Counted from the first letter of the stretch, positions 11,760-23,523 are shown. The stretch is 64,000 bases of DNA from Uliginosibacterium sp. (GCA_016718265.1 JADKDZ010000007.1:197622-261621); one strand, 5' to 3'. Notes: generated by a model not told the origin, from the letters alone. Made by a program: numbers and translations.

Positions 11760-12383
11760 TCAAACCCGGGCTGCAACAGTCGTCATGACTTTCGACGCAG
11801 CCTTCATTGCGACGCGCACCGGCCACGGCAGCTCTGCCGCGCCCAGATTGCGCGCCAGGCTTGCGTGCACGGACTCGTCCTGCTTCATCTGATCAAGGAT
11901 CGCACGCGAGCGCAAATCCTGCGGCAGCAGGCGATCCAAGTGCCCTTGGAGATGCGCTTCGACCTGAGTTTCCGTCTCGGCCAGAAACCCCAGATTCCAG
12001 CGGTCGCCCAAGACACCGGCTGCCACGCCGACAGCCAGAGCCCCGCCGTACCAGAGCGGGTTCAATAGACTCGTCCGCCCTCCGACTTCCTCGATACGCT
12101 GCAAGGTCCACGCCAGATGCTCGACTTCTTCATCGGCAGCAGACTGCAAGGACTCACGTAATCCCGCATCTCGCGCCGTAATGGCTTGCCCTTGGTACAA
12201 GGCTTGCGCGCAAATTTCACCAACGTGATTGACGCGCATCAGCGCCGCAATGTCACCTCGCTGTTGATCATCGAGCTCACATTCTGGCTGCGCGCTGCCC
12301 GGGACCGGTCTGGTACTGGATGGTTTTACCGCCAAGGTCTGCAGGGCCTTGTCGAAATGCTCGATCAGCCCATCAAGCATCAT
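11760..12383 (-). CDS. coq7: Demethoxyubiquinone hydroxylase (Coq7, di-iron carboxylate)
   Basis: About 207 aa from MMLDGL. Repeated E...EXXH di-iron motifs ([15 protein letters not shown]). The longer ORF from 12482 would overlap rppH. Confidence 0.85.
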   Translation of the reverse strand: MMLDGLIEHFDKALQTLAVKPSSTRPVPGSAQPECELDDQQRGDIAALMRVNHVGEICAQALYQGQAITARDAGLRESLQSAADEEVEHLAWTLQRIEEVGGRTSLLNPLWYGGALAVGVAAGVLGDRWNLGFLAETETQVEAHLQGHLDRLLPQDLRSRAILDQMKQDESVHASLARNLGAAELPWPVRVAMKAASKVMTTVAARV

Positions 12384-12927
12384 CGGCTCCGGACACTGCA
12401 GGAACGGGGGCTTGCTTGCCCAGCACGTAGCTCTTGGGCCTCGCGCGAATGTCGCCCTGAAACAGGATATCGGCCAGCTCATTCAAAGCGGCCTTATACA
12501 CGCCACGCTTGAACTCGATCACCGATTCAAGCGGGACCCAGAAATCCGTCCAGCGCCAGGCATCGAATTCAGGGTGCCCGCTCGCCCGCAGGCTGATATC
12601 GGTATCGCGCCCAATCAGACGCAGCAGATACCAGATCTGCTTCTGTCCGCGATAGGTACTACGCCATTCGCGCTTGACCCAATGCTTCGGCACGTCATAA
12701 CGCAACCATTCACGCGTGCGGGTAATCACCTGCACATGCTCCGGACGCAGACCGACTTCTTCATAGAGTTCCCGGAACATCGCCTGCTCGGGAGATTCCC
12801 CGTGCTTGATGCCGCCCTGCGGAAACTGCCAGGAATGTTCGCGTATGCGCTTGCCCCAAAACACCTCGTTGCGTGAATTCACGATGACGATGCCGACATT
12901 AGGGCGATAACCATCCCTGTCGAGCAT
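12373..12927 (-). CDS. rppH: RNA pyrophosphohydrolase (Nudix)
   Basis: Start at [14 protein letters not shown]. Nudix box [23 protein letters not shown]. Divergent from proS. Confidence 0.9.
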   Translation of the reverse strand: MLDRDGYRPNVGIVIVNSRNEVFWGKRIREHSWQFPQGGIKHGESPEQAMFRELYEEVGLRPEHVQVITRTREWLRYDVPKHWVKREWRSTYRGQKQIWYLLRLIGRDTDISLRASGHPEFDAWRWTDFWVPLESVIEFKRGVYKAALNELADILFQGDIRARPKSYVLGKQAPVPAVSGADDA

Positions 12928-13073
12928 GAAAACCACCTGAATACCATTAAGTTGAAAGGATTCTTTCACAGTTCCGGACTTAAGGAAACATCCCCTGATC
13001 CAATCGGGACGTTCAAACCCTGGCTCAGGTACAATCGCGGGTTATCCCGGACTTTGATCACAGAATATCGACC

Positions 13074-14780
13074 ATGCGTGCCAGCCAGTTCTTCATCTCC
13101 ACCCTCAAAGAAGCCCCCAACGACGCCGAGATTCTCAGCCACAAACTGATGATGCGCGCAGGCCTGATCAAGAAGCTCGGCGCCGGCATCTACAACTACA
13201 TGCCGATGGGGCTGCGGGTGATTCGCAAGGTCGAGAACATCATCCGCGACGAGATGAACCGCGCTGGCGCGATTGAACTCCTGATGCCGGTCGTACAGCC
13301 AGCCGAGCTATGGCAGGAGACCGGTCGCTTTGAAAAGATGGGTCCCGAGCTGCTGCGCTTCAAGGATCGGCACGAGCGCGATTTCGTCATCCAGCCCACC
13401 TCGGAAGAAGTCATCACCGATATCGTCCGTCAGGAGATCCGCAGTTATCGCCAGCTGCCGAAAAACCTCTACCAGATCCAGACCAAGTTCCGGGACGAGC
13501 GTCGCCCCCGTTTCGGCGTCATGCGCGGCCGCGAATTCACGATGAAGGATGCCTACTCCTTCCACGTCGATTTTGACGATCTGAAGCGCGAGTACCAGAA
13601 CATGTTCTCGACCTACGCGAACATCTTTACCCGCCTGGGCCTGCAGTTCCGCGCCGTGGCGGCGGATACCGGCGCCATTGGTGGCACGGGTTCGCATGAA
13701 TTCCATGTCATCGCCGACACCGGTGAAGACGCCCTGGCCTACTGCCCGGATTCCGACTTTGCCGCCAACGTCGAGCTCGCCGAAGCCGTGCTGCCGAGTG
13801 CACCGCGTCCCGCGCCGCAAGAGGCCCTCACCAAAATCCATACCCCCGCGATCAAGACGATTGAGCAGCTCGCGGGCTTCCTCAAGATCGACATCCAACG
13901 CACGGTCAAGGCCGTGGTCGTTGAAGGTGAAGACGGGGTCCCGGTTCTGCTGATGCTGCGCGGCGATCACGAAATGAACGAGATCAAGGCCGGCAAGCTC
14001 CCCGGCGTATTCTCACCCCTGCGCTTTGCCACGCCGGCAGCCATCCGCGAGGCCTTCGGTGCCGAGCCGGGTTCGCTTGGACCGATCGGCTTCAAGGGCC
14101 GTATTTTCATGGACCGTGCCGTATCGGTGATGAGTGACTTCGTCATTGGTGCCAACGAAAGCGACTACCACTTCACCGGCGCCAATATCGGCCGCGATTT
14201 TCCGGAGTCCGAGCTCGTCGACATCCGCAACGTCGTTGAAGGTGATCCTTCGCCCGACGGCAAGGGGAAGATTGCAATCTGTCGCGGTATTGAAGTCGGC
14301 CACATCTTCCAGCTGCGTACACGCTACTCCGCGGCCATGGGCTGCAAGTTCATCGGCGAAGACGGTAAAGAACAGGTCATGGAAATGGGCTGTTACGGCA
14401 TCGGAGTCACCCGCATCGTCGCTGCGGCCATCGAGCAGAACAATGACGCCCGCGGCATCATCTGGCCCGATGCAATTGCCCCCTTCCAGCTCGTCATCGT
14501 CGCGCTGGGCTGGGGCAAATCCGAAGCCGTGCGCGAAACCGCGCTGGCACTCTACGCGGAGCTGTCGGCAGCTGGTATCGAAGTCATTCTCGACGACCGC
14601 GACGAGCGCCCCGGTGTGATGCTCGCAGACTGGGAGCTCATTGGCATTCCGCATCGCGTTGTTGTCGGCGACCGTGGTCTCAAGGAAGGCGTTGCCGAGT
14701 ATCAGGGCCGGCGTGACGAGGCCGCCACGAAGATTGCAGTTGGCGAGATTACGGCTGCGCTCAAGTCAAAGCTGTTGTAA
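13074..14780 (+). CDS. proS: Proline--tRNA ligase (bacterial type with insertion/editing domain)
   Basis: 568 aa, [15 protein letters not shown]..., class II motifs and a C-terminal anticodon-binding domain. Confidence 0.97.
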   Translation: MRASQFFISTLKEAPNDAEILSHKLMMRAGLIKKLGAGIYNYMPMGLRVIRKVENIIRDEMNRAGAIELLMPVVQPAELWQETGRFEKMGPELLRFKDRHERDFVIQPTSEEVITDIVRQEIRSYRQLPKNLYQIQTKFRDERRPRFGVMRGREFTMKDAYSFHVDFDDLKREYQNMFSTYANIFTRLGLQFRAVAADTGAIGGTGSHEFHVIADTGEDALAYCPDSDFAANVELAEAVLPSAPRPAPQEALTKIHTPAIKTIEQLAGFLKIDIQRTVKAVVVEGEDGVPVLLMLRGDHEMNEIKAGKLPGVFSPLRFATPAAIREAFGAEPGSLGPIGFKGRIFMDRAVSVMSDFVIGANESDYHFTGANIGRDFPESELVDIRNVVEGDPSPDGKGKIAICRGIEVGHIFQLRTRYSAAMGCKFIGEDGKEQVMEMGCYGIGVTRIVAAAIEQNNDARGIIWPDAIAPFQLVIVALGWGKSEAVRETALALYAELSAAGIEVILDDRDERPGVMLADWELIGIPHRVVVGDRGLKEGVAEYQGRRDEAATKIAVGEITAALKSKLL

Positions 14781-14789
14781 GCCGTATTC

Positions 14790-15443
14790 GTGCGTATGCG
14801 CTTCATCACCTCCCGCACTGTTCTTCCAATCCTGCTCAGCGTCGGGCTGGGCTTGCCGCTCGCCCATGCGGGCGCGCAACGGGAAGAAGCACTGGCCGCC
14901 AGCGTTCAAGCTGCGCTGCGTGGCAGCGTGGCTGACATGGCCTCGCCCGAGCCGGTTTTTGCAAGCATGGAAGACAAGCTCCACTGGCTGAACGAGATGA
15001 CGCCACGGCTCGCCAAGAAAATTCCGGACACGCACGAACGCGTCGCATTCCTGAAAACCGTGTACTACGAGGCGCAGCGCGCCGGGCTCGACCCGCAGCT
15101 CGTGTTGGGCCTGATCCAGGTCGAGAGCGGCTTCAAGAAGTACGCGGTCTCGTCGGCCGGCGCACGCGGCTTGATGCAGGTGATGCCGTTCTGGGTGCGG
15201 ACCATCGGCACACCCGACCACAATCTGTTTCACCTTCGCACCAATCTGCGTTACGGCTGCACGATCCTGCGTCACTACCTCGACATTGAAAAAGGCGACC
15301 TCTATCGCGCCTTGGGCCGCTACAACGGCAGCCTGGGCAAGCCGGAATACCCCAATCTGGTTCGCGGTGCCTGGCAGAAGAGCTGGGCATATCAACCGCT
15401 CAGATTGGCCCAGCTGCCCACCAGCACGGCCTCTACCCGCTGA
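14790..15443 (+). CDS. Lytic transglycosylase (SLT domain), secreted
   Basis: Signal peptide (LGLPLAHAGA). SLT catalytic region LIQVESGFKKYAVSSAGARGLMQVM. Confidence 0.85.
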   Translation: MRMRFITSRTVLPILLSVGLGLPLAHAGAQREEALAASVQAALRGSVADMASPEPVFASMEDKLHWLNEMTPRLAKKIPDTHERVAFLKTVYYEAQRAGLDPQLVLGLIQVESGFKKYAVSSAGARGLMQVMPFWVRTIGTPDHNLFHLRTNLRYGCTILRHYLDIEKGDLYRALGRYNGSLGKPEYPNLVRGAWQKSWAYQPLRLAQLPTSTASTR

Positions 15444-15503
15444 CCCCTTTCCTCACTGCCACGCGCCTATCCCTGGCGATGTGACAGCTTACCGAGCCTT
15501 ACC

Positions 15504-17767
15504 ATGACCGATTCGAAACCCCGTCGCCTGTCGTTGCCTGCAAAAACCTCAACGACTGAAGCTGAACCCAGGCGCCGCCCGCCGCTTCGTGGCCCCAACA
15601 AAGCCCTGCAGGTTCGCGACGGCAAGCCCCCGCGCCACGCATTCAAGGCCGGCGCAGACAAGCCCGAGCGCCCGCATGCCGGGCCGCGTCCGGACCGACG
15701 CGACGACCGCGGCGGCTTCCGCACCGAAGGCCCGCGCGACGGTCGCCCGGATGCCCGCGGCGAGCGCCCTGCCCGCCCGAGTTTTGGCGACCGGCCACCA
15801 CGGAGCAGCGAAGGCGGTGAGCGTCGAGATTTCCGCGAGCGCACGCCGAGCGAGCGCCCACGTTTCCGTTCCGACGAAGAACGCCGCCCGCGCCCAGAAT
15901 CCCGCGAAGGCGACAGCCGTCCGCCGCGTCCGCGCTTTGAAGGCAGCCCGGAGAGGCAAGCGGGGCGCGGCTCTTGGGGCAACAGTTCAGGCCCGCGATC
16001 CGACGCGCCGCGCGAAGGCCGCAGCGGCTTCCGCGAACAAGCACCGAGTGATCGGCCGCGTTTCCGTTCTGACGATGAGCGCCGCCCACGTCCGGAATCC
16101 CGCGAAGGCGACAGCCGTCCGCCGCGTCCGCGCTTTGAAGGCAGCCCGGAGAGGCAAGCGGGGCGCGGCTCTTGGGGAAACAGTTCTGGCCCACGATCCG
16201 ATGCACCACGCGAAGGCCGCAGCGGCTTCCGCGAACAAGCGCCGAGTGATCGGCCCCGTTTCCGTTCCGACGAGGAGCGCCGTCCGCCCTTCCGCGAAGG
16301 CGACAGCCGTCCGCCGCGTCCGCGCTTTGAAGGCAGCCCGGAGAGGCAAGCGGGGCGCGGCTCTTGGGGCAATAGTTCTGGCCCACGATCCGATGCGCCA
16401 CGCGAAGGCCGCAGTGGTTTCCGCGAACAAGCACCGAGTGATCGGCCGCGTTTCCGTTCCGACGACGAGCGCCGTCCGCGCCCGGAATCCCGCGAAGGCG
16501 ACAGCCGTCCGCCGCGTCCGCGCTTTGAAGGCAGCCCGGAGAGGCAAGCGGGGCGCGGCTCTTGGGGCGGTAATTCCGCTCCTCGATCCGATGCGCCACG
16601 CGAAGGCCGCAGTGGTTTCCGCGAACAAGCACCGAGTGATCGGCCGCGTTTCCGTTCCGACGACGAGCGCCGTCCGCGCCCGGAATCCGCGAAGGTGACA
16701 GCCGCCCGCCGCGTCCGCGCTTTGAAGGCAGCCCGGAGAGGCAAGCGGGGCGCGGCTCTTGGGGCGGTAATTCCGCTCCTCGATCCGATGCGCCACGCGA
16801 AGGCCGCAGTGGTTTCCGCGAACAAGCACCGAGTGATCGGCCGCGTTTCCGTTCCGACGACGAGCGCCGTCCGCGCCCGGAATCCCGCGAAGGTGACAGC
16901 CGTCCGCCGCGTCCGCGCTTTGAAGGCAGCCCGGAGAGGCAAGCGGGGCGCGGCTCCTGGGGTGACAAACCCCAGCGCGAACGCAGCTTCGCGCCGACGC
17001 CCGCTGCACCCGCAGGTGAGGCCATCCGCCACGATGATGGCACGGTACGCCTCTCCAAGCAGATGGCGGAACTCGGCCTGTGCTCGCGCCGCGAAGCCGA
17101 TGAATACATCGAGCGCGGCTGGGTCTCGGTCGATGGCGTCGTCGTGAGCGAGCTGGGCAGCCGCGTGCGTCCCGAGCAAAAGGTGGTACTCGATCCGGCG
17201 GCAGAAATCATCCAGAACCAGCGCGTCACCATCCTCATCAACAAGCCCGTCGGTTACGTCTCGGGCCAGGCTGAAGATGGCTACGAGCCTGCCGTCGTCC
17301 TCATCACCAGCGAGAATCAATGGGAAGAAGACCCCTGCCGCATCCGGCTGGAGCCACGTTTCCTGCGCAAACTCGCCCCGGCCGGCCGGCTGGATATTGA
17401 TTCGACCGGCCTGCTCGTCCTCACCCAGGATGGTCGCATTGCCAAGCAGCTGATCGGCAACCACAGCGACATCGAGAAAGAATATCTGGTGCGCGTGGAA
17501 GGCACGCTCTCCGAGGAAGGCATGCGCCTGCTCAACCACGGTCTGGAACTTGACGGTGTGGAATTGCGCCCCGCCAAGGTCAGCTGGCAGAACGAAGATC
17601 AGCTTCGCTTCGTCCTGCGCGAAGGCCGCAAGCGCCAGATCCGCCGCATGTGTGAGCTGGTCGGCCTGAACGTCGTCGGGCTCAAGCGCGTCCGCATCGG
17701 GCGAATCACGCTCTCGAAGCTGCCGCCCGGCAATTGGCGTTATCTGGGCGAACACGAGAAGTTCTGA
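15504..17767 (+). pseudogene. RsuA/RluB/RluF-family pseudouridine synthase with a long repetitive Arg/Glu/Pro/Ser-rich N-terminal extension; one frameshift inside the repeats
   Basis: The frame from 15504 encodes the repeats. The S4 domain ([31 protein letters not shown]) and catalytic domain ([17 protein letters not shown]) are read one frame over and end at 17767. The frames are reconciled by a single missing C: GAATCCGC at 16684-16691 versus GAATCCCGC in the other units. Confidence 0.8.
15831..16963 (+). repeat. Tandem coding repeat, about 5.7 units of 198 bp (66 aa)
   Basis: Unit starts at 15831, 16029, 16227, 16419, 16617 and 16814. Unit lengths are 198, 198, 192, 198 and 197 bp, with a partial last unit. 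Unit peptide [66 protein letters not shown]. The later units are near-identical at the nucleotide level. Confidence 0.92.
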
Positions 17768-17799
17768 AACGCGGCGCCCCGGTTCGCGCCTGGGCGCCC

Positions 17800-19587
17800 T
17801 CAGCGCGGAACAGGCTCCGCTATTGGCGCCAGGCGAAACCGCACACAGCCTGCGCGGTTCTCCACGAGCGTCAGTCGATAGGCCATCGATTCGGCCAGCC
17901 GGCTGGCCTGGTAAAGGCCGATTCCGAGGCCGGAATCCGAGGCCTGCGGGGCCAGAAAGAGCGACTCGACCCGGGCCTGCGGAATCGGCTCTCCATCGTC
18001 GGCCACGTCCAGCGTGCAGGCGCCGCCGTCCGCGCTCAAGGTCACACGCACCGATAGCGACGCTCCCGAGCCGGGGCGCTTGCCCAGTGCATTCTCAAGC
18101 AGGTTGTCCAGCACGTTGTCGAACAGGGCTGCCGGCAGCGGGCCGCATGCGGCCGGATCGCCGACGGCGTGCCAATCGAACGCCCGCCCGCCGAGCCGCT
18201 CCTGCTGGCGCACCCACCAGTGCGGCGCGGGCTCCATCCGCATGCTCTCGTCGCTCGGGCGGCGTATACGTGCGGCAGCCTGTTCCAGCCGCTCGACAAT
18301 GCGCGGCAGCTGGCTGGCGAGCATCTGTTGCGCGCGCGGATCCTCCCGTTCGTTCAAGGCGAGCGCGGCAAAACACAGCCCATGCAAGGACTGGAGCAGG
18401 TTCTTCACTTCGTGGGTCACCCGCGCCCCAGTCTCATAGACCGCGCGCAAATACGAGTCCGACTGCAGTTGCCGCGCCTGCTGCTTGCCCGCGTGGATTT
18501 CCGCCAGAATGTGCAGCATCAGGTCGAGCTGCCAAAGCGCCGCATTCGCCAGGGTCTTGCGCGCATAGAGCTTGACCTGCAGCCCCCGTAGCGAAAAATC
18601 ATAGTCCGTCGCCGAGACCACGCCACATTGCCCGGTGCCTGACACAAAAGCGTCCGGCAAGGGTTGCCACTGCAAGCCCACCACGTCTGACCAGGCCAAA
18701 AGATGCTCGGCCCCGCGCTGCAGAAATTGCTCCGGATGGATCTGTTCGTGGGCCAACTCGTTCACGTGCGCCAACCAGCGATCCAGCGGCATGCGATGCA
18801 CTCCGCCCGAGAGCATCCGCCGAGACACTTCCAAGCCCAATCCGGCGAAATTCCCGTGCTGCCCCCAGAACCACGCCAGGACCAGCAGACCGCCGGCAAT
18901 CAGCGCAAGGCCGGTCAACAGGGCTTCCAGATACGCCATTTTCTGCAGGAACATCAGCGCCAGCGCGCCGAGGATCACGCCCGTGAGGGCCAGCACGATC
19001 AACAGGCTCCCGACCAGATCCAGCGCCGTGGCCTCCTCCCGTGCCTCAGCCAGTACCGGGAAGATCAGGATCAAAGCCAGCAGGGGAAAGATCAGCCAGG
19101 TCGCAAGCGCGTTCAAGCCCGGCTCGCCGGGGTGGCCGGCCAGCTGCAGCAGCGCGGGCACGATCAGGCCGACCAGATCGATCACCAGCGCCACCAGCGC
19201 CAGCCAGTAAGGAATCCTTGCACGTGGCCGCGCGTAGGTGAAGAGCCGCCCGCCCAGCACGCCCGCCAGCATCAAGGCCCACACCAATGCGGCCCCCCAG
19301 GACAGCATGAGCCCCGCCACCAGCACCAGCGCCACAATGGCTGCCATCTCCCGCCACGACAGGCGACGCTGGGCACTCACCACCGGCTGCCAGAGCAGCA
19401 CGACGCCAAAATGCACCAAGGAAACGGCCTTGCCCAGCCAACCGGCGGGCTCCTGCAACAGGCCAAGATGGAAACTCACGAGCACAAGCAGCAGCATCGC
19501 GGTCTCGCGCCGCTGGACTCTGCCGCTTACTGAATCACGCATCGCCGCCCCGCTCACGCCTGCTCCTCGCTGCACACGCAGTGCCAC
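17800..19587 (-). CDS. Polytopic membrane sensor histidine kinase (orphan)
   Basis: About 8-9 hydrophobic segments in the first 260 aa or so, H-box ARVTHEVKNLLQSL, C-terminal HATPase region (DNLLENA ... SGLGIGLYQ). The start is uncertain (19587, 19542 or 19497). No response regulator is adjacent. Confidence 0.8.
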   Translation of the reverse strand: MALRVQRGAGVSGAAMRDSVSGRVQRRETAMLLLVLVSFHLGLLQEPAGWLGKAVSLVHFGVVLLWQPVVSAQRRLSWREMAAIVALVLVAGLMLSWGAALVWALMLAGVLGGRLFTYARPRARIPYWLALVALVIDLVGLIVPALLQLAGHPGEPGLNALATWLIFPLLALILIFPVLAEAREEATALDLVGSLLIVLALTGVILGALALMFLQKMAYLEALLTGLALIAGGLLVLAWFWGQHGNFAGLGLEVSRRMLSGGVHRMPLDRWLAHVNELAHEQIHPEQFLQRGAEHLLAWSDVVGLQWQPLPDAFVSGTGQCGVVSATDYDFSLRGLQVKLYARKTLANAALWQLDLMLHILAEIHAGKQQARQLQSDSYLRAVYETGARVTHEVKNLLQSLHGLCFAALALNEREDPRAQQMLASQLPRIVERLEQAAARIRRPSDESMRMEPAPHWWVRQQERLGGRAFDWHAVGDPAACGPLPAALFDNVLDNLLENALGKRPGSGASLSVRVTLSADGGACTLDVADDGEPIPQARVESLFLAPQASDSGLGIGLYQASRLAESMAYRLTLVENRAGCVRFRLAPIAEPVPR

Positions 19588-19735
19588 ATTCTCAACGCAC
19601 CGTCAGTTTTTCAACACTTTGGCGCCAGTATCGGCTGGAATATTCCGCATTTTCGTCATTTTTCACAGGCATTCTATTTGCTAAAGCCATACGCATCTAA
19701 ACTCGCGATCCCCGATAGATAGAGGACAAGAAGAA

Positions 19736-20410
19736 ATGAAAGCTTACACACTCTCCCGACGACAACAGTCCGGCTTCACCCTGGTCGAAATCGCCATCGT
19801 GCTGGTCATTATCGGCCTCTTGCTCGGTGGCGTGCTCAAAGGGCAGGAGTTGATCAACAGCGCCAAAGCCAAAGCCGTCATCACCGATTTCCGCAACACG
19901 GCCACCATGATAGCCGCGTATCAGGATCGCTTCCGGGCGCTGCCGGGGATGACCCCAGTGCGGGGCAGCACCTGAGAGGCGCAACCCCAGCGACCACACC
20001 GGATAAACAGGAGATGGCCTGGTCGGAGGATCATGGAACGCCGAAACCCTTACTGACGAGTCGGTACTGCTCTGGCAGCACTTGCGGCTTGCCGGGCTCG
20101 CATCGGAGATACCGAACCACCTTCAACGGCGCAGTCAAAGACTGGCTTCCCGAGAAATACAGAAGGTGGCAAGATCGGTGTTCAGAGCACGCAGCCTATT
20201 GATACTTGGCAAGGACGGCTCTTTGTGTGCCAAGGCAGTATTTCAGGCCGCATTGCGCAGCAAGTCGACACGACAATGGATGATGGGAAGCCGACCAAAG
20301 GGTCCATCCGCTACGGCAGCGACGCGGCCAATGCCGCTGGAACCATCACTCCGGTAGACGCCGATAAGTTGGAGGAAGGTGAGCTCTACACGATCTGCGC
20401 CAGCTTCTAG
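19736..20410 (+). pseudogene. Prepilin-type (type IV pilin / T2SS pseudopilin-like) protein, three frameshifts
   Basis: The N-terminus has the cleavage/methylation motif QSGFTLVEIAIVLVIIGLLLGGVL. A family-like sequence continues through frames 2, 1, 0 and 2 (GDDPSAG..., SWNAETLTDESVLLWQHLRLAGLAS..., GGKIGVQS...CQGSISGRIAQQVDTTMDDGKPTKGSIRYG...YTICASF). The switches fall at G4 19945-19948, A3 20005-20007 and GG 20105-20106. Confidence 0.75.
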
Positions 20411-20562
20411 CTTCCTGCCTGATCCAGACCTGAAAGGCGCCCAGTGTGGCGCCTTTTTCCCTGGCCTGGACCGGCCCCGGCCGCACCACTCAGCCCAAAG
20501 CCCTTGCCCGGCCGGAGCAGTTTGGGCATAGTCCCGCCCCACTCCCCACTCCCCATAAAAAC

Positions 20563-22905
20563 ATGCTGCCCCCCATCGAACAGCGCATTGCCCTGGAACT
20601 CGCTGCACAGCCTCGCCAAGTCATTGCGGCCATCGAGCTGCTCGATGGCGGTGCGACCGTGCCTTTCATTTCACGCTACCGCAAGGAAGTCACCGGCGGG
20701 CTGGACGACACCCAGTTGCGCACGCTGGAAGAGCGCCTGGGCTACCTGCGTGAGCTGGAAGAGCGGCGCAGCGCGGTGCTCGCCAGTATCGAAGAACAAG
20801 GCAAGCTGACGCCGCAATTGCGTCACGACATTGAGCATGCCGAGGCCAAGCAGCGCCTGGAAGACTTGTACCTGCCCTACAAGCAGAAGCGCCGCACCAA
20901 GGCCCAGATCGCCCGCGAGGCTGGTATCGAGCCGCTCGCCGACGCACTGCTGGCGGATCCGACTTTGAAGCCGGAAGACGCGGCTGCGCCCTATCTGAAT
21001 GTGGACGCTGGTTTTGCTGACGCCAAGGCGGTGCTGGATGGCGCACGCCAGATCCTGATGGAGCGCTTCGCCGAAAACGCCGAGCTGGTCGGCAGCCTGC
21101 GCGAGTATGTGAGCGAGCATGGCGTGGTGCGCGTCGAAGTCGCCGAGGGCAAGGAGAACGACACCGAAGCCGCCAAGTTCCGCGACTATTTCAGTTACAG
21201 CGAGAAGCTGGGCAACATCCCTTCGCACCGCGCGCTGGCGCTGTTCCGGGGCCGCAACGAAGAATTCCTGCGCGTGAAGCTGGCGCTGGATACCGACCCG
21301 GAAGATGGCTCGCGCTCAGCCGAGCCGAACCCTTGCGAGCGCAAGATCATGGTTGCTGCGGGCATCCGCGATCAGGGTCGCGCCGCGGACAAATGGCTGG
21401 TCGATACCGCGCGCTGGACCTGGAGCGTGAAGCTCGCGCTGTCGATGGATCTGGATCTGATGGGCAAGCTGCGCGAACGCGCCGAAGAAGAGGCGATCCG
21501 CGTTTTCGCCCAGAACCTGAAAGCCCTGCTGCTCGCCGCACCGGCCGGCCCGCGCGTCACCATGGGCCTCGACCCCGGCATCCGCACCGGCGTGAAAGTA
21601 GCGGTGGTCGATGCCACCGGCAAGCTGCTGGATACCGCCACGGTCTACCCGCACGAGCCGCGCAAGGATTGGGATGGCTCGCTGCACACCTTGGCCAAGC
21701 TGGTCGAGAAGCACGGCGTGCAGCTCATCGCCATCGGCAACGGCACGGCCAGCCGCGAGACCGACAAGCTCGCAGGTGAGGTCATCAAACGTGTCGGCAG
21801 CAACGCAAGTGCGGCCAAGCTCACCAGCATCGTCGTCTCCGAAGCCGGCGCCTCGGTGTATTCGGCGTCCGAACTGGCGGCAAAAGAATTCCCGGAACTG
21901 GACGTGAGCCTGCGCGGCGCGGTATCGATTGCCCGCCGCCTGCAAGACCCGCTGGCCGAGCTGGTGAAGATCGAGCCCAAGGCCATCGGCGTCGGCCAGT
22001 ATCAGCACGACCTCAATCAATCGAAGCTGGCGAAGTCGCTCGACGCAGTGGTGGAAGACTGCGTGAACGCGGTGGGTGTGGATGTGAACACGGCTTCAGC
22101 AGCCCTCCTCACCCGGATTTCGGGCCTCAACACCACGCTGGCGCAGAACATCGTGGCGCATCGCGATGCCAATGGCGCTTTCGCCAGCCGTGCCGCCTTG
22201 AAGAAAGTGCCGCGCCTGGGCGACAAGACTTTCGAGCAGTGCGCGGGCTTCCTGCGCATCAACGACGGCAGCAACCCGCTGGATGCCTCGGCGGTCCACC
22301 CGGAAGCCTATCCGGTGGTGGAGAAGATCCTCGCCGACGTGCAAAAGCAGGCCCGCGAGCTGATTGGCGACTCCAGCACGCTCAAGCAGATTGACGCGAA
22401 GAAATACACCGACGAGCGCTTCGGCCTGCCCACGGTGCAGGACATCCTGCGCGAGCTGGACAAACCCGGCCGCGACCCGCGTCCCGAATTCAAGACCGCC
22501 TCCTTCCGCGAAGGCGTCGAATCGCTCAAGGATCTGGAACCGGGCATGCTGCTCGAAGGCGTGGTGACCAATGTCACCAACTTTGGCGCCTTCGTCGATA
22601 TCGGCGTGCATCAGGACGGGTTGGTACACGTCTCGGCGATCGCCAACCGCTTCGTCAAGGACCCGGCCGAGGTCGTGAAGGCGGGTGACATCGTCAAAGT
22701 GAAAGTGGTCGAGGTCGACCTGGCCCGCAAGCGCATCGCCCTGACCATGCGGCTTTCTGACGAAGTCGCCCGCAAACCCGCATCAGATAAGGCTCCGCAA
22801 GGTGCTACTCCAAGAGGCAAGCCCAGTGCGGCTCCCCGAGCAGCCGAGAAGCCGCCTGTCAACAGTGCTTTCGCCGCGGCTTTTGCCAAGGCGAAGCAAC
22901 GCTGA
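20563..22905 (+). CDS. tex: Tex transcription accessory protein (YqgF/HhH/S1 domains)
   Basis: Start at [21 protein letters not shown]-terminal S1 domain ([31 protein letters not shown]). About 780 aa. Confidence 0.93.
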   Translation: MLPPIEQRIALELAAQPRQVIAAIELLDGGATVPFISRYRKEVTGGLDDTQLRTLEERLGYLRELEERRSAVLASIEEQGKLTPQLRHDIEHAEAKQRLEDLYLPYKQKRRTKAQIAREAGIEPLADALLADPTLKPEDAAAPYLNVDAGFADAKAVLDGARQILMERFAENAELVGSLREYVSEHGVVRVEVAEGKENDTEAAKFRDYFSYSEKLGNIPSHRALALFRGRNEEFLRVKLALDTDPEDGSRSAEPNPCERKIMVAAGIRDQGRAADKWLVDTARWTWSVKLALSMDLDLMGKLRERAEEEAIRVFAQNLKALLLAAPAGPRVTMGLDPGIRTGVKVAVVDATGKLLDTATVYPHEPRKDWDGSLHTLAKLVEKHGVQLIAIGNGTASRETDKLAGEVIKRVGSNASAAKLTSIVVSEAGASVYSASELAAKEFPELDVSLRGAVSIARRLQDPLAELVKIEPKAIGVGQYQHDLNQSKLAKSLDAVVEDCVNAVGVDVNTASAALLTRISGLNTTLAQNIVAHRDANGAFASRAALKKVPRLGDKTFEQCAGFLRINDGSNPLDASAVHPEAYPVVEKILADVQKQARELIGDSSTLKQIDAKKYTDERFGLPTVQDILRELDKPGRDPRPEFKTASFREGVESLKDLEPGMLLEGVVTNVTNFGAFVDIGVHQDGLVHVSAIANRFVKDPAEVVKAGDIVKVKVVEVDLARKRIALTMRLSDEVARKPASDKAPQGATPRGKPSAAPRAAEKPPVNSAFAAAFAKAKQR

Positions 22906-22914
22906 GTCGCCACG

Positions 22915-23523
22915 ATGAGCATCTACGCCCTCAAACCCAAGTTCCAGGCCCTGCTGCGCCCGCTAGTGCGCGGCTTGTTCCAGGCCGGCGTCACGGCGAA
23001 CCAGGTCACGCTCGCCGCCTGCATCGTCTCGGTGGCGCTCGGCCTGTGGCTGGCGGCGGTGCCACGCCCGGCGCTGTTTCTGCTGATCCCGCTGTGGATG
23101 TTTATCCGCATGGCCTTCAACGCCATCGACGGCATGCTGGCGCGTGAATTCGGCCAGCAATCCCGTCTCGGCGCCTATCTGAACGAGCTGACCGACGTGG
23201 TCTCCGACGCCTGCCTTTACCTGCCCTTTGCTTTCCTGCTGCACTTTCCAGTGCTGTGGGTGGGCGTGTTCATCGTGCTCTCGGTCGTCGTCGAGATGAC
23301 CGGCGTGATCGGCCTCATGGTGGGCGCTTCGCGCCGCTACGACGGCCCGTTCGGCAAGAGCGACCGCGCCTTCGCGATCGGCGCACTGGCGCTGGCGGTC
23401 GGGCTCGGCCTGCCGGTGCAGGGCTGGCAGGCGCTGGTGTTCCCGGCGATGAGCCTGCTCTGCGCCTGGACCATCGTACGCCGCGTGCGCCAGGGTTTGC
23501 GCGAGTCGGCTGCAAAGCCCTGA
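22915..23523 (+). CDS. CDP-alcohol phosphatidyltransferase family protein
   Basis: 202-aa polytopic protein with signature region NAIDGMLAREFGQQSRLGAYLNELTDVVSD (DG-x2-AR-x8-G ... D-x3-D). Starts 10 nt after the tex stop. Confidence 0.85.
   Translation: MSIYALKPKFQALLRPLVRGLFQAGVTANQVTLAACIVSVALGLWLAAVPRPALFLLIPLWMFIRMAFNAIDGMLAREFGQQSRLGAYLNELTDVVSDACLYLPFAFLLHFPVLWVGVFIVLSVVVEMTGVIGLMVGASRRYDGPFGKSDRAFAIGALALAVGLGLPVQGWQALVFPAMSLLCAWTIVRRVRQGLRESAAKP

Noticed and set aside
15831-16963. Regular tandem repeats considered as a possible CRISPR array.
   Set aside because: The units are contiguous 198-bp coding repeats with no unique spacers and no cas genes. They lie inside a protein-coding frame.
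15467-17755. 762-aa minus-strand ORF and several 340-550-aa alternate-frame ORFs across the 198-bp repeats.
   Set aside because: The repeat keeps all frames open. Only the plus-strand frame continues, after the 1-nt correction, into a recognisable S4 / pseudouridine synthase domain.
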